Shown: positions 48,601 through 61,700 of the stretch, in pieces | Layout of the letters: each line of letters starts with the position of its first letter | Position numbering within the stretch: position 1 is the stretch's first letter | From: Macrostomum lignano | Lineage: Eukaryota | DNA length: 64,000 nucleotides | Direction of reading: 5' to 3' | Assembly (NCBI GenBank): GCA_002269645.1 | Contig: NIVC01000650.1 | Coordinates: 62,001-126,000 of the forward strand | Program-made: the position numbers and the translations under genes | The notes under the pieces: model-generated | Told to the model about the DNA's origin: nothing | The model's input: the letters and a program-made list of their open reading frames with translations, nothing else | The model's database searches: none

Positions 48601-49870
48601 CTGTGTCACCATCGAGAGACTGAAGATCAACATCTGCCATCCCTCCGAGGAGTGACTGCACCGCTTTTAAGCTGTAATTCAGTGCCGCGATGTAAATTGG
48701 CGACAAGCCAAACTGGCTCTGCAGGTTAACATCAGCTTGCGCTTTAATCAGCAGTTCACCCACATCTTCGTGACCGTTTTGCAGCGCGATGTAAAGCGGC
48801 GAATAGCGGTCATTCTTTTCTTGAAGACTAACATCGGCTTTGGCTTCAAGTAAGGAGCTCACTACTCGAGTATGCCCGTTGAATGACGCGGCGTACAAAG
48901 GAGATTCTCCCGAGACCCTCTGAAGATTTACGTCGGCTTGTGCTCGGATGAGGAATTCTAGCACTCGCTGATTGCCAGTTTGCGCTGCTATGTAGAGAGC
49001 TGTAGCGCCACTATTTCTTTGTGCATCAATGTCGGCATGGGCTTTGACAAGTTCAGTCACCATTGGCAGATTGCCGTACAGGGTGGCAACGTGAAGAGGA
49101 ACGGAGCCGAACCTGTTGTCTTTTAGATTGACGTCTGAGCGAGCCTTCAGAAGTTCGCGAACTACCATGAGATGGCCTTTATCAATAGCAACGTGTAGGG
49201 CAGTGTTGCCTGTCTGCGTCTGAAGATCAGGATTTGACAACGCTCTGATTAATGACTCAACAAACTGCGAATGACCAATTTGCGAGGCGATGTGAAGAGG
49301 TGAGCAGAAATCGTTAGCTTGAGTACTGACGTCAGCTTGTGCTTTGATGAGGGTGTCAATCACTGTCATGTGACCGTTTCGAACAGCAATGTGAACTGGC
49401 GATTCGCCATCGCAATTGCCAAGATTGACGTCGGCTTGTGCTCTGATCAGCGACTGCACAACTTTCTGGTGGCCATTCTGAGCTGCAGCGAACAGGGGCG
49501 ACTCGCCGGCGACGCTCGGACAGTTGACGTCTACTTGCAGTGTGATGAGGTGGTCAACAACTTGTAGATGACCGTTTTTTGCGGCAAGGAACAGAGGCGA
49601 CTCGCCTAAATTGGATGGCGGATCCGGGTCGGCTCGAAAGCTGAGCAGCAGCTTGACGGAGGCCAGCTGCCCGAAGGCGCAGGCCAGCTGTAGCGGGGAG
49701 CCGCGCATCTGGTAGAAGTCGAAGGTGTCGCAGAGGCTCGCTCCGTTGTCTACACAACGCCGCAGGGTTTTCCCGTCTCCTGTAGCCACAGCCGACAGGA
49801 ACTCTTGCTGACTGGTGGACGGCGAATCAGATTCGCTGTCAACTCGCTGAATCCTGTCCGCGCCCTGCAT
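45648..49870 (-). CDS. Ankyrin-repeat / Mab-21 (cGAS-like receptor, cGLR) nucleotidyltransferase fusion; complement(join(45648..47071,47156..47502,47597..48600,48602..49870)), about 1,347 aa after removing 1 extra nt at 48601
   Basis: About 19 ANK repeats (GExPLxxAAxNGHxxVVxxLIxAxADVN). The NTase has VVGSYSEG, SDIDMM and VDHVVA, and the Mab-21 motifs ELRVSTSFLERLL, ALKYLVK, PYHVKTITFRM and LSHFF. Introns 47596-47503 (phase 2) and 47155-47072 (phase 1) are GT-AG and join the ORFs in frame. The start ATG is tentative. Confidence 0.88.
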
Positions 49871-50309
49871 CAGGAAGATGCAAACTGTGCTCAGTAAATC
49901 TATTAGCGAGCGCACGGCTGCTCAAAGCTGTATAGCATTGCGGAACACTCGCAGCAGTTGTGACTTAACCAGAGAGAAACATACTTGCAAATGCTTGAAT
50001 TATATAGGAGATAATTTATGCACACTGCGGGCAGAGAAACAGCCGGCGCAGTGTAGATAAAAAAGAGTACATACCGGTACAGAATGCAGTGGCCTGTGTA
50101 CTGGGTAACTGGCTGGTTGAAGCATAGGGAGAGAGAAATGAATGTTGAAAGCTCTATGTAAGCATCTTTATTGCAGTGTTATGCTATGCTATAAGGGCAC
50201 TCTGCTTATTGCTGGCCCACCAGTTTAGCTTTAAAAGTTAATATGCGACTTAATCAGCATATAACTAGCGCTGATACCTTTTTGACCATGATCTTGGTGT
50301 TTGACACGT

Positions 50310-51290
50310 GAAGTATGGTGTGGGTGCCATGGTGTGGGGTTTGGGGTGGGTGTCATGGTGTGGGGTTTGGGTGGGTGTCATGGTGTGGGGTTTGGGTGGG
50401 TGTCATGGTGTGGGGTTTGGGTGGGTGTCATGGTGTGGGGTTTGGGGTGGGTGTCATGGTGTGGGGTTTGGGTGGGCGCCATCGTGTGGAATTGGGGTGG
50501 GTGTCATGGTGTGGGGTTTTGGGTGGGTGTCATGGTGTGGAATTGGGGTGGGTGTCATGGTGTGGGGTTTGGGGTGGGTGTCATGGTGTGGAATTTGGGT
50601 GGGTGTCATGGTGTGGGGTTTGGGGTGGGTGTCATGGTGTGGAATTTGGGTGGGTGTCATGGTGTGGGGTTTGGGGTGGGTGTCATGGTGTGGGGTTTAG
50701 GTGGGTGTCATGGTGTGGGGTTTGGGGTGGGTGCCATGATGTGGGGTTCGGGGTGGGTGTCATGGTGTGGGGTTTGGATGGGTGACATGGTGTGGAATTG
50801 GGGTGGGTGCCATGATGTGGGGTTCGGGGTGGGTGTCGTGGTGTGGAGTTTGGGTGGGTGTCATGGTGTGGGGTTTGAGGTGGGTGCCATGGTGTGGGGT
50901 TTGGGGTGGGTGTCATGGTGTGGGGTTTGAGTGGGCGCCATGGTGTGGTTTTGGGGTGGGTGTCATGGTGTGGGGTTTTGGGTGATGCCATGGTGTGGGG
51001 TTTGGGGTGGGTGTCATGGTGTGGGGTTTGGGGTGGGTGTCATGGTGTGGAATTGGGGTGGGTGCCATGATGTGGGGTTTGGGGTGGCCATGAGATGGTG
51101 AGAGGTTTGGAGTGGGAGTCATGGTGTGGGGTTCGGGGTGGGTGCCATGATGTGGAATTGGGGTGGGTGCCATGATGTGGGGTTTGGGGTGGCCATGAGA
51201 TGGTGAGAGGTTTGGAGTGGGAGTCATGGTGTGGGGTTCGGGGTGGGTGCCATGATGTGGGGTTTCAGGGGGGGGGGCATAATGTGGTGT
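50310..51290 (+). repeat. G-rich ~27-bp minisatellite (ggtgtcatggtgtggggtttggggtg) about 440 bp upstream of the cGLR ATG
   Basis: Tandem units read directly. Confidence 0.95.
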
Positions 51291-51693
51291 GTGGTTTGGC
51301 GTAGGTGCTAGTGCTATAGTGTAGTGAGAGATTTTAAGAGGCTGTCTTCGCTTTTATTAAGATCGGAAAGATTTTGCTATAGACACTACTGTCTGGCTAA
51401 ACAGTGAGTATATATTGCTACGTGCTATCAGCAGTTGAATTTGCAGTTAAGGCTGTTTTATAGTCATAAAACTAGCAATCTACGCCCCCCGTTGGGGAGC
51501 CAAAGAAATGCAATACACGTTTTTTTAATAAGCTACATGTATCCTTGAAATCTTAAAAAATCTCCTGTCAAACCTTGTAAGCCTTGACATGTCAGTTATC
51601 CCCCCCACAAGCTTTAACATATCAACTTCCCCCCTTGACATCTCAGCAATGCCCCCAATAAGCCTTGGAAATCTAAAAATATCTGTCAACCTT

Positions 51694-51755
51694 CTAACCC
51701 TAACCCTAGCCTAACCCTAACCCTAACCCTAACCCTAACCCTAACCTAACCCTAA
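51694..51755 (+). repeat. Interstitial telomere-like (CCCTAA)~10 tract; degenerate echo at about 52130-52176
   Basis: Read directly; lies within a ~440-bp tandemly duplicated unit. Confidence 0.85.
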
Positions 51756-52349
51756 AGCATTGAAATTTCAGTAATTCTCCCTAAGAGTCATTATAGCACT
51801 ACTACAGCATTATAGCGATTCCTTGCAAGCCTCAACATCGTAGGGATTCCCAAATGAATCTCTTAACTTCGACATGAAGCTTCTTTTATTTTTTACATTA
51901 CGCTTTTTTATCAGCGATCCCTCCCCTGAGGAGGCATCAAATAATGTAATAAAAAGTTTTCAATAAACTACATGTAGCTTCTGACTTTAGCCTTGAAATC
52001 TCATTTATACCCCCGTGAGCCTTGACATCTCAGCTATTCCCCCCGTAAGCCTTGACATGTCAGCAATGGCCCCCATAAACCTTGAAATCTAAAAAATCCA
52101 CTGTTAACCTTGAAACCCGATAAAATATAACCCTCAACCCACACCTGACCTAAACCTAACTTTAACCCAACCTAAAGCCTTGAAATCTCGGCAATTCTTC
52201 TCCCCTAAGCCTTAACATTTTAGTGATTCTTTCTTTAAGAATCACAGCACTATAACGATTTCCACCAAGCTTTGACATCGTAGCAACTCCCAAATGAATC
52301 TTTTAACTTCGACATGACTTTTCTTTTATGTATACATAGTGCTAATTTT

Positions 52350-54722
52350 ATTTTTACATGACGCTTCTATGATTTTTTACATGATGCTTCTATGATTTTT
52401 TACATGACGCTTCTATGATTTTTTACATGACGATTGTATGATTTTTTACATGACGCTTCTATGATTTTTTACATGACTTTTCTTCTATCAGCGCCCCCCC
52501 GTGACGAGCCAACAAAGAATGCAATAAAAAAATTGAGTAAAGTACATGAACTTTGAAGTAGCTTCTGACTTTTGCTTTGACATCTCAGAAACCCCCCCCC
52601 CGTAATCTCAGTTATTCTCTGAGAGCCTTGACGTCTCAGTTTTTCTCCCCAGCACAGCATTATAGCTGCATTTAATTTTTACATGAACCCTTCATGTCTG
52701 ACATGACGTTTCTTTTATTCTACCATGATGCTTCTTAATATTTTAAATGACACTTTCATTAGTTTTTAAATGAGGCTTCTATGATTTTTTCTTGACGCTT
52801 CTATGATTTTTTACATGACGCTTCTATGATTTTTTACATGACGCTTCTATGATTGTTTACATGACGCTTCTATGATTTTTATATTACGTTTCTATGATTG
52901 TTTACATGACGCTTCTATGATTGTTTACATGACGCTTCTATGATTGTTTACAGTACGCTTCTATGATTTTTTACATGACGCTTCTATGATTGTTTACATG
53001 ACGCTTCTATGATTGTTTACATGACGCTTCCATGATTTTTTACATGACGCTTCTATGATTGTTTACATGACGCTTCTATGATTGTTTACATGACGCTTCT
53101 AAGATTTTTTACATGACGCTTCTACGATTTTTTACATGACGCTTCTATGATTGTTTACATGACGCTTCTATGATTGTTTACATGACGCTTCTAAGATTTT
53201 TTACATGACGCTTCTACGATTTTTTACATGACGCTTTTATGATTGTTTACATGACGCTTCTACGATTTTTATATGACGCTTCTATGATTTTTTACATGAC
53301 GCTTCTACGATTTTTTACATGACGCTTCTATGATTGTTTACATGACGCTTCTATGATTGTTTACATGACGCTTCTAAGATTTTTTACATGACGCTTCTAC
53401 GATTTTTTACATGACGCTTTTATGATTGTTTACATGACGCTTCTACGATTTTTATATGACGCTTCTATGATTTTTTACATGACGCTTCTATGATTTTTTA
53501 CATGACGCTTCTATGATTGTTTACATGACGCTTCTATGATTTTTTAAATGACGCTTCTATGATTGTTTACATGACGCTTCTACGATTTTTATATGACGCT
53601 TCTATGATTGTTTACATGACGCTTCTATGATTGTTTACATGACGCTTCTATGATTTTTATATGACGTTTCTATGATTGTTTACATGACGCTTCTATGATT
53701 GTTTACATGACGCTTCTATGATTGTTTACAGTACGCTTCTATGATTTTTTACATGACGCTTCTATGATTGTTTACATGACGCTTCTACGATTTTTTACAT
53801 GACGCTTCTATGATTGTTTGCATGACGCTTCTATGATTGTTTACATGACGCTTCTATGATTGTTTACATGACGCTTTTATGCTTTTTACATGACGCTTCT
53901 ATGCTTTTTACATGACGCTTCTATGATTTTTTAATGAAGCTTCTATGATTGTTTACATGACGCTTCTATGATTTTTTACATGACGCTTCTATGATATTTT
54001 ACATGACGCTTCTATGATTGTTTACATGACGCTTCTATGATTGTTTACATGACGCTTCTAAGATTTTTTACATGACGCTTCTACGATTTTTTACATGACG
54101 CTTCTATGATTGTTTACATGACGCTTCTACGATTTTTATATGACGCTTCTATGATTTTTTACATGACGCTTCTATGATTGTTTACATGACGCTTCTATGA
54201 TTGTTTACATGACGCTTCTATGATTGTTTACATGACGCTTCTATGATTGTTTACATGACGCTTCTATGATTGTTTACATGACGCTTCTATGATTGTTTAC
54301 ATGACGCTTCTATGATTTTTTACATGACGCTTCTATGATTGTTTACATGACGCTTCTACGATTTTTATACGACGCTTCTATGATTTTTTACATGACGCTT
54401 CTATGATTGTTTACATGACGCTTCTATGATTGTTTACATGACGCTTCTATGATTGTTAACATGACGCTTCTATGATTGTTTACATGACGCTTCTATGATT
54501 GTTTACATGACGCTTCTATGATTGTTTACATGACGCTTCTAAGATTTTTTACATGACGCTTCTACGATTTTTTACATGACGCTTCTATGATTGTTTACAT
54601 GACGCTTCTATGATTGTTTACATGACGCTTCTAAGATTTTTTACATGACGCTTCTACGATTTTTTACATGACGCTTTTATGATTGTTTACATGACGCTTC
54701 TACGATTTTTATATGACGCTTC
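52350..54722 (+). repeat. 23-bp satellite (ttacatgacgcttctatgattgt): short block 52350-52480 and main block 52780-54722 (about 85 units)
   Basis: Tandem units read directly. Confidence 0.97.
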
Positions 54723-55730
54723 TTTTTAAAAAGTCTTTTAGTTTTCCTGACGTTGAAAAGCTTTAATTAAAAAAATTATACTCAAATTTAAACCATCGAA
54801 AATTCAAACCATCGTCACTGCATTTAGCAGTTCAGTTTGTTCACCTTTAGGCTAGCTCTCATCGTTTTGATAACATCAACTTTTGCACTTATATAACTCA
54901 ACACTTTTAAATCCAAGCATAGAGTAAATCACACGAAGCAGTTATGACATAATCAGTTTCTCAGTCAGTCAGTATCAGTTAACAATATGGTTACGCAATT
55001 TAAATCAAGTCTGGTGCTACGCTTCCACACTGCATTTTCAATTCAAGTCGGAGTTACAATTCAGTTATGATGCAATCTATTTCAGAATTAGAATTCAACC
55101 AGTCAGTTTTTTCTCTAGCATTCTTACAATGCATTTCAAGTCGAAAAGTTTGCTTGACCTTTGCAAAAAAGCATGTTTTTCGAATATTTAATGCCTTTAG
55201 CATTGAGCAATTTCTTATCCACGATGCATGTACCGTCACGGGAAAATTTCTGATCGAACAGTGCAAGTTCGAACAAAATCGGTCCAGCCATTTTTTCTCT
55301 AATCTATCACATATATATATATATATATATAGACATCACATTTTTAGTATATAGGAAATAATATCGATTTTAACCTTCTTTAAACTAGCTAGGCTAGCCA
55401 GAAATAAAGAAACAATTATGGAATGACAGCCAACACAATAGGCACAAAAAAGAGAAAAAACTTGTCTGAAATTTTTATCAAAAGCATTGTTGTATTGATA
55501 AGCTGAAAGCAGGGGAGCTTCGGCGTGATACTGCGTGCTTGTGTGCTTGTATATTTTATTGCTAGTAGTTATATAATATACAGAAGCTGATCAAGGCTGT
55601 ACAAATTAATTAAAGGCCATTAACTTTTCTGTCTTAATATCTAGTAATGCGAGACTGGATTATTTCCTGCAAACGAAACTTTATAAACTTGAAAGTTGTT
55701 TGCTAAAACTAGCATTGCTTTGGTCAGGTC

Positions 55731-58700
55731 AGACTGGGCTTCCCCAGGTGATGGAGACTGGGGGCTTCCCCAGGTGATGGAGACTGGGCTTCCCCAGGTG
55801 ATGGAGACTGGGCTTCCCCAGGTGATGGAGACTGGGGGCTTCCCCAGGTGATGGAGACTGGGGGCTTCCCCAGGTGATGGAGACTGGGCTTCCCCAGGTG
55901 ATGGAGACTGGGGCTTCCCCAGGTGATGGAGACTGGGGCTTCCCCAGGTGATGGAGACTGGGGCTTCCCCAGGTGATGGAGACTGGGGGCTTCCCCAGGT
56001 GATGGAGACTGGACTTCCCCAGGTGATGGAGACTGGGGGCTTCCCCAGGTGATGGAGACTGGACTTCCCCAGGTGATGGAGACTGGGGCTTCCCCAGGTG
56101 ATGGAGACTGGGGCTTCCCCAGGTGATGGAGACTGGGGCTTCCCCAGGTGATGGAGACTGGGGCTTCCCCAGGTGATGGAGACTGGGGGCTTCCCCAGGT
56201 GATGGAGACTGGGGGCTTCCCCAGGTGATGGAGACTGGGGGCTTCCCCAGGTGATGGAGACTGGGCTTCCCCGGGTGATGGAGACTGGACTTCCCCAGAT
56301 GATGGAGACTGGGCTTCCCCAGGTGATGGAGACTGGGGGCTTCCCCAGGTGATGGAGACTGGGCTTCCCCGGGTGATGGAGACTGGACTTCCCCAGATGA
56401 TGGAGACTGGGCTTCCCCAGGTGATGGAGACTGGACTTCCCCAGGTGATGGAGACTGGACTTCCCCAGGTGATGGAGACTGGGGCTTCCCCAGGTGATGG
56501 AGACTGGGGGCTTCCCCAGGTGATGGAGACTGGGGGCTTCCCCAGGTGATGGAGACTGGGGGCTTCCCCAGGTGATGGAGACTGGGGGCTTCCCCAGGTG
56601 ATGGAGACTGGGGGCTTCCCCAGGTGATGGAGACTGGGCTTCCCCAGGTGATGGAGACTGGGCTTCCCCAGGTGATGGAGACTGGACTTCCCCAGGTGAT
56701 GGAGACTGGACTTCCCCAGGTGATGGAGACTGGGCTTCCCCAGGTGATGGAGACTGGGCTTCCCCAGATGATGGAGACTGGGCTTCCCCGGGTGATGGAG
56801 ACTGGGGGCTTCCCCAGGTGATGGAGACTGGGCTTCCCCGGGTGATGGAGACTGGACTTCCCCAGATGATGGAGACTGGGCTTCCCCAGGTGATGGAGAC
56901 TGGACTTCCCCAGGTGATGGAGACTGGGCTTCCCCAGATGATGGAGACTGGACTTCCCCAGGTGATGGAGACTGGGCTTCCCCAGATGATGGAGACTGGG
57001 CTTCCCCAGGTGATGGAGACTGGGGGCTTCCCCAGGTGATGGAGACTGGGGGCTTCCCCAGGTGATGGAGACTGGGCTTCCCCAGGTGATGGAGACTGGG
57101 GGCTTCCCCAGGTGATGGAGACTGGGGGCTTCCCCAGGTGATGGAGACTGGGGGCTTCCCCAGGTGATGGAGACTGGACTTCCCCAGGTGATGGAGACTG
57201 GGGCTTCCCCAGGTGATGGAGACTGGGGGCTTCCCCAGGTGATGGAGACTGGGGGCTTCCCCAGGTGATGGAGACTGGGGGCTTCCCCAGGTGATGGAGA
57301 CTGGGGGCTTCCCCAGGTGATGGAGACTGGGCTTCCCCAGGTGATGGAGACTGGACTTCCCCAGGTGATGGAGACTGGGGGCTTCCCCAGGTGATGGAGA
57401 CTGGGGGCTTCCCCAGGTGATGGAGACTGGGGGCTTCCCCAGGTGATGGAGACTGGGGGCTTCCCCAGGTGATGGAGACTGGGCTTCCCCGGGTGATGGA
57501 GACTGGACTTCCCCAGGTGATGGAGACTGGACTTCCCCAGGTGATGGAGACTGGGCTTCCCCAGGTGATGGAGACTGGGCTTCCCCAGATGATGGAGACT
57601 GGGCTTCCCCGGTGATGGAGACTGGGGCTTCCCCAGGTGATGGAGACTGGGCTTCCCCGGGTGATGGAGACTGGACTTCCCCAGATGATGGAGACTGGGC
57701 TTCCCCAGGTGATGGAGACTGGACTTCCCCAGGTGATGGAGACTGGACTTCCCCAGGTGATGGAGACTGGGGGCTTCCCCAGGTGATGGAGACTGGGGGC
57801 TTCCCCAGGTGATGGAGACTGGGGGCTTCCCCAGGTGATGGAGACTGGGGGCTTCCCCAGGTGATGGAGACTGGGCTTCCCCAGGTGATGGAGACTGGGC
57901 TTCCCCAGGTGATGGAGACTGGACTTCCCCAGGTGATGGAGACTGGACTTCCCCAGGTGATGGAGACTGGGGGCTTCCCCAGGTGATGGAGACTGGGGGC
58001 TTCCCCAGGTGATGGAGACTGGGGGCTTCCCCAGGTGATGGAGACTGGGGGCTTCCCCAGGTGATGGAGACTGGGGCTTCCCCAGGTGATGGAGACTGGG
58101 GCTTCCCCAGGTGATGGAGACTGGGGCTTCCCCAGGTGATGGAGACTGGGCTTCCCCAGGGTGATGGAGACTGGACTTCCCCAGATGATGGAGACTGGGC
58201 TTCCCCAGGTGATGGAGACTGGGGGCTTCCCCAGGTGATGGAGACTGGGCTTCCCCGGGTGATGGAGACTGGACTTCCCCAGATGATGGAGACTGGGCTT
58301 CCCCAGGTGATGGAGACTGGACTTCCCCAGGTGATGGAGACTGGACTTCCCCAGGTGATGGAGACTGGGGCTTCCCCAGGTGATGGAGACTGGGGCTTCC
58401 CCAGGTGATGGAGACTGGGCTTTCCCAGGTGATGGAGACTGGGCTTCCCCAGGTGATGGAGACTGGGCTTCCCCAGGTGATGGAGACTGGGGGCTTCCCC
58501 AGGTGATGGAGACTGGGGGCTTCCCCAGGTGATGGAGACTGGGGGCTTCCCCAGGTGATGGAGACTGGACTTCCCCAGGTGATGGAGACTGGGGGCTTCC
58601 CCAGGTGATGGAGACTGGGGGCTTCCCCAGGTGATGGAGACTGGGGCTTCCCCAGGTGATGGAGACTGGGGGCTTCCCCAGGTGATGGAGACTGGGGGCT

Positions 58701-61700
58701 TCCCCAGGTGATGGAGACTGGGGGCTTCCCCAGGTGATGGAGACTGGGGCTTCCCCAGGTGATGGAGACTGGGGGCTTCCCCAGGTGATGGAGACTGGGG
58801 GCTTCCCCAGGTGATGGAGACTGGGCTTCCCCGGGTGATGGAGACTGGACTTCCCCAGATGATGGAGACTGGGCTTCCCCAGGTGATGGAGACTGGGGGC
58901 TTCCCCAGGTGATGGAGACTGGGCTTCCCCAGGTGATGGAGACTGGACTTCCCCAGGTGATGGAGACTGGGCTTCCCCAGGTGATGGAGACTGGACTTCC
59001 CCAGGTGATGGAGACTGGACTTCCCCAGGTGATGGAGACTGGGGGCTTCCCCAGGTGATGGAGACTGGGGCTTCCCCAGGTGATGGAGACTGGGGCTTCC
59101 CCAGGTGATGGAGACTGGGGGCTTCCCCAGGTGATGGAGACTGGGGCTTCCCCAGGTGATGGAGACTGGGGGCTTCCCCAGGTGATGGAGACTGGGCTTC
59201 CCCAGGTGATGGAGACTGGGCTTCCCCAGGTGATGGAGACTGGACTTCCCCAGGTGATGGAGACTGGACTTCCCCAGGTGATGGAGACTGGGCTTCCCCA
59301 GGTGATGGAGACTGGGCTTCCCCAGATGATGGAGACTGGGCTTCCCCAGGTGATGGAGACTGGACTTCCCCAGGTGATGGAGACTGGGCTTCCCCGGTGA
59401 TGGAGACTGGACTTCCCCAGGTGATGGAGACTGGGCTTCCCCAGGTGATGGAGACTGGAATTCCCCAGGTGATGGAGACTGGGCTTCCCCAGGTGATGGA
59501 GACTGGACTTCCCCAGGTGATGGAGACTGGGCTTCCCCAGATGATGGAGACTGGGCTTCCCCAGGTGATGGAGACTGGGGGCTTCCCCAGGTGATGGAGA
59601 CTGGGGGCTTCCCCAGGTGATGGAGACTGGGCTTCCCCAGGTGATGGAGACTGGGGCTTCCCCAGGTGATGGAGACTGGGGGCTTCCCCAGGTGATGGAG
59701 ACTGGGGGCTTCCCCAGGTGATGGAGACTGGACTTCCCCAGGTGATGGAGACTGGGGGCTTCCCCAGGTGATGGAGACTGGGGGCTTCCCCAGGTGATGG
59801 AGACTGGGGGCTTCCCCAGGTGATGGAGACTGGGGGCTTCCCCAGGTGATGGAGACTGGGGGCTTCCCCAGGTGATGGAGACTGGGCTTCCCCAGGTGAT
59901 GGAGACTGGACTTCCCCAGGTGATGGAGACTGGGGGCTTCCCCAGGTGATGGAGACTGGGGGCTTCCCCAGGTGATGGAGACTGGGGGCTTCCCCAGGTG
60001 ATGGAGACTGGGGGCTTCCCCAGGTGATGGAGACTGGGCTTCCCCGGTGATGGAGACTGGACTTCCCCAGGTGATGGAGACTGGACTTCCCCAGGTGATG
60101 GAGACTGGGCTTCCCCAGGTGATGGAGACTGGGCTTCCCCAGATGATGGAGACTGGGCTTCCCCGGGTGATGGAGACTGGGGGCTTCCCCAGGTGATGGA
60201 GACTGGGCTTCCCCGGTGATGGAGACTGGACTTCCCCAGATGATGGAGACTGGGCTTCCCCAGGTGATGGAGACTGGACTTCCCCAGGTGATGGAGACTG
60301 GACTTCCCCAGGTGATGGAGACTGGGGGCTTCCCCAGGTGATGGAGACTGGGGGCTTCCCCAGGTGATGGAGACTGGGGCTTCCCCAGGTGATGGAGACT
60401 GGGGGCTTCCCCAGGTGATGGAGACTGGGCTTCCCCAGGTGATGGAGACTGGGCTTCCCCAGGTGATGGAGACTGGACTTCCCCAGGTGATGGAGACTGG
60501 ACTTCCCCAGGTGATGGAGACTGGGGCTTCCCCAGGTGATGGAGACTGGGGGCTTCCCCAGGTGATGGAGACTGGGGGCTTCCCCAGGTGATGGAGACTG
60601 GGGGCTTCCCCAGGTGATGGAGACTGGGCTTCCCCAGGTGATGGAGACTGGGCTTCCCCAGGTGATGGAGACTGGACTTCCCCAGGTGATGGAGACTGGA
60701 CTTCCCCAGGTGATGGAGACTGGGCTTCCCCAGGTGATGGAGACTGGGCTTCCCCAGATGATGGAGACTGGGCTTCCCCGGGTGATGGAGACTGGGGGCT
60801 TCCCCAGGTGATGGAGACTGGGCTTCCCCGGTGATGGAGACTGGACTTCCCCAGATGATGGAGACTGGGCTTCCCCAGGTGATGGAGACTGGACTTCCCC
60901 AGGTGATGGAGACTGGGCTTCCCCAGATGATGGAGACTGGACTTCCCCAGGTGATGGAGACTGGGCTTCCCCAGATGATGGAGACTGGGCTTCCCCAGGT
61001 GATGGAGACTGGGGGCTTCCCCAGGTGATGGAGACTGGGGGCTTCCCCAGGTGATGGAGACTGGGCTTCCCCAGGTGATGGAGACTGGGGGCTTCCCCAG
61101 GTGATGGAGACTGGGGGCTTCCCCAGGTGATGGAGACTGGGGGCTTCCCCAGGTGATGGAGACTGGACTTCCCCAGGTGATGGAGACTGGGGCTTCCCCA
61201 GGTGATGGAGACTGGGGCTTCCCCAGGTGATGGAGACTGGGGGCTTCCCCAGGTGATGGAGACTGGGGCTTCCCCAGGTGATGGAGACTGGGGCTTCCCC
61301 AGGTGATGGAGACTGGACTTCCCCAGGTGATGGAGACTGGGGGCTTCCCCAGGTGATGGAGACTGGGGCTTCCCCAGGTGATGGAGACTGGGGGCTTCCC
61401 CAGGTGATGGAGACTGGGGGCTTCCCCAGGTGATGGAGACTGGGCTTCCCCAGGTGATGGAGACTGGACTTCCCCAGGTGATGGAGACTGGACTTCCCCA
61501 GGTGATGGAGACTGGGCTTCCCCAGGTGATGGAGACTGGGCTTCCCCAGATGATGGAGACTGGGCTTCCCCGGTGATGGAGACTGGGGGCTTCCCCAGGT
61601 GATGGAGACTGGGCTTCCCCGGTGATGGAGACTGGACTTCCCCAGATGATGGAGACTGGGGGCTTCCCCAGGTGATGGAGACTGGGGGCTTCCCCAGGTG

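Noticed and set aside
51694-51755. True chromosome end
   Set aside because: Only about 10 units with variants, internal to the window and part of a duplicated unit
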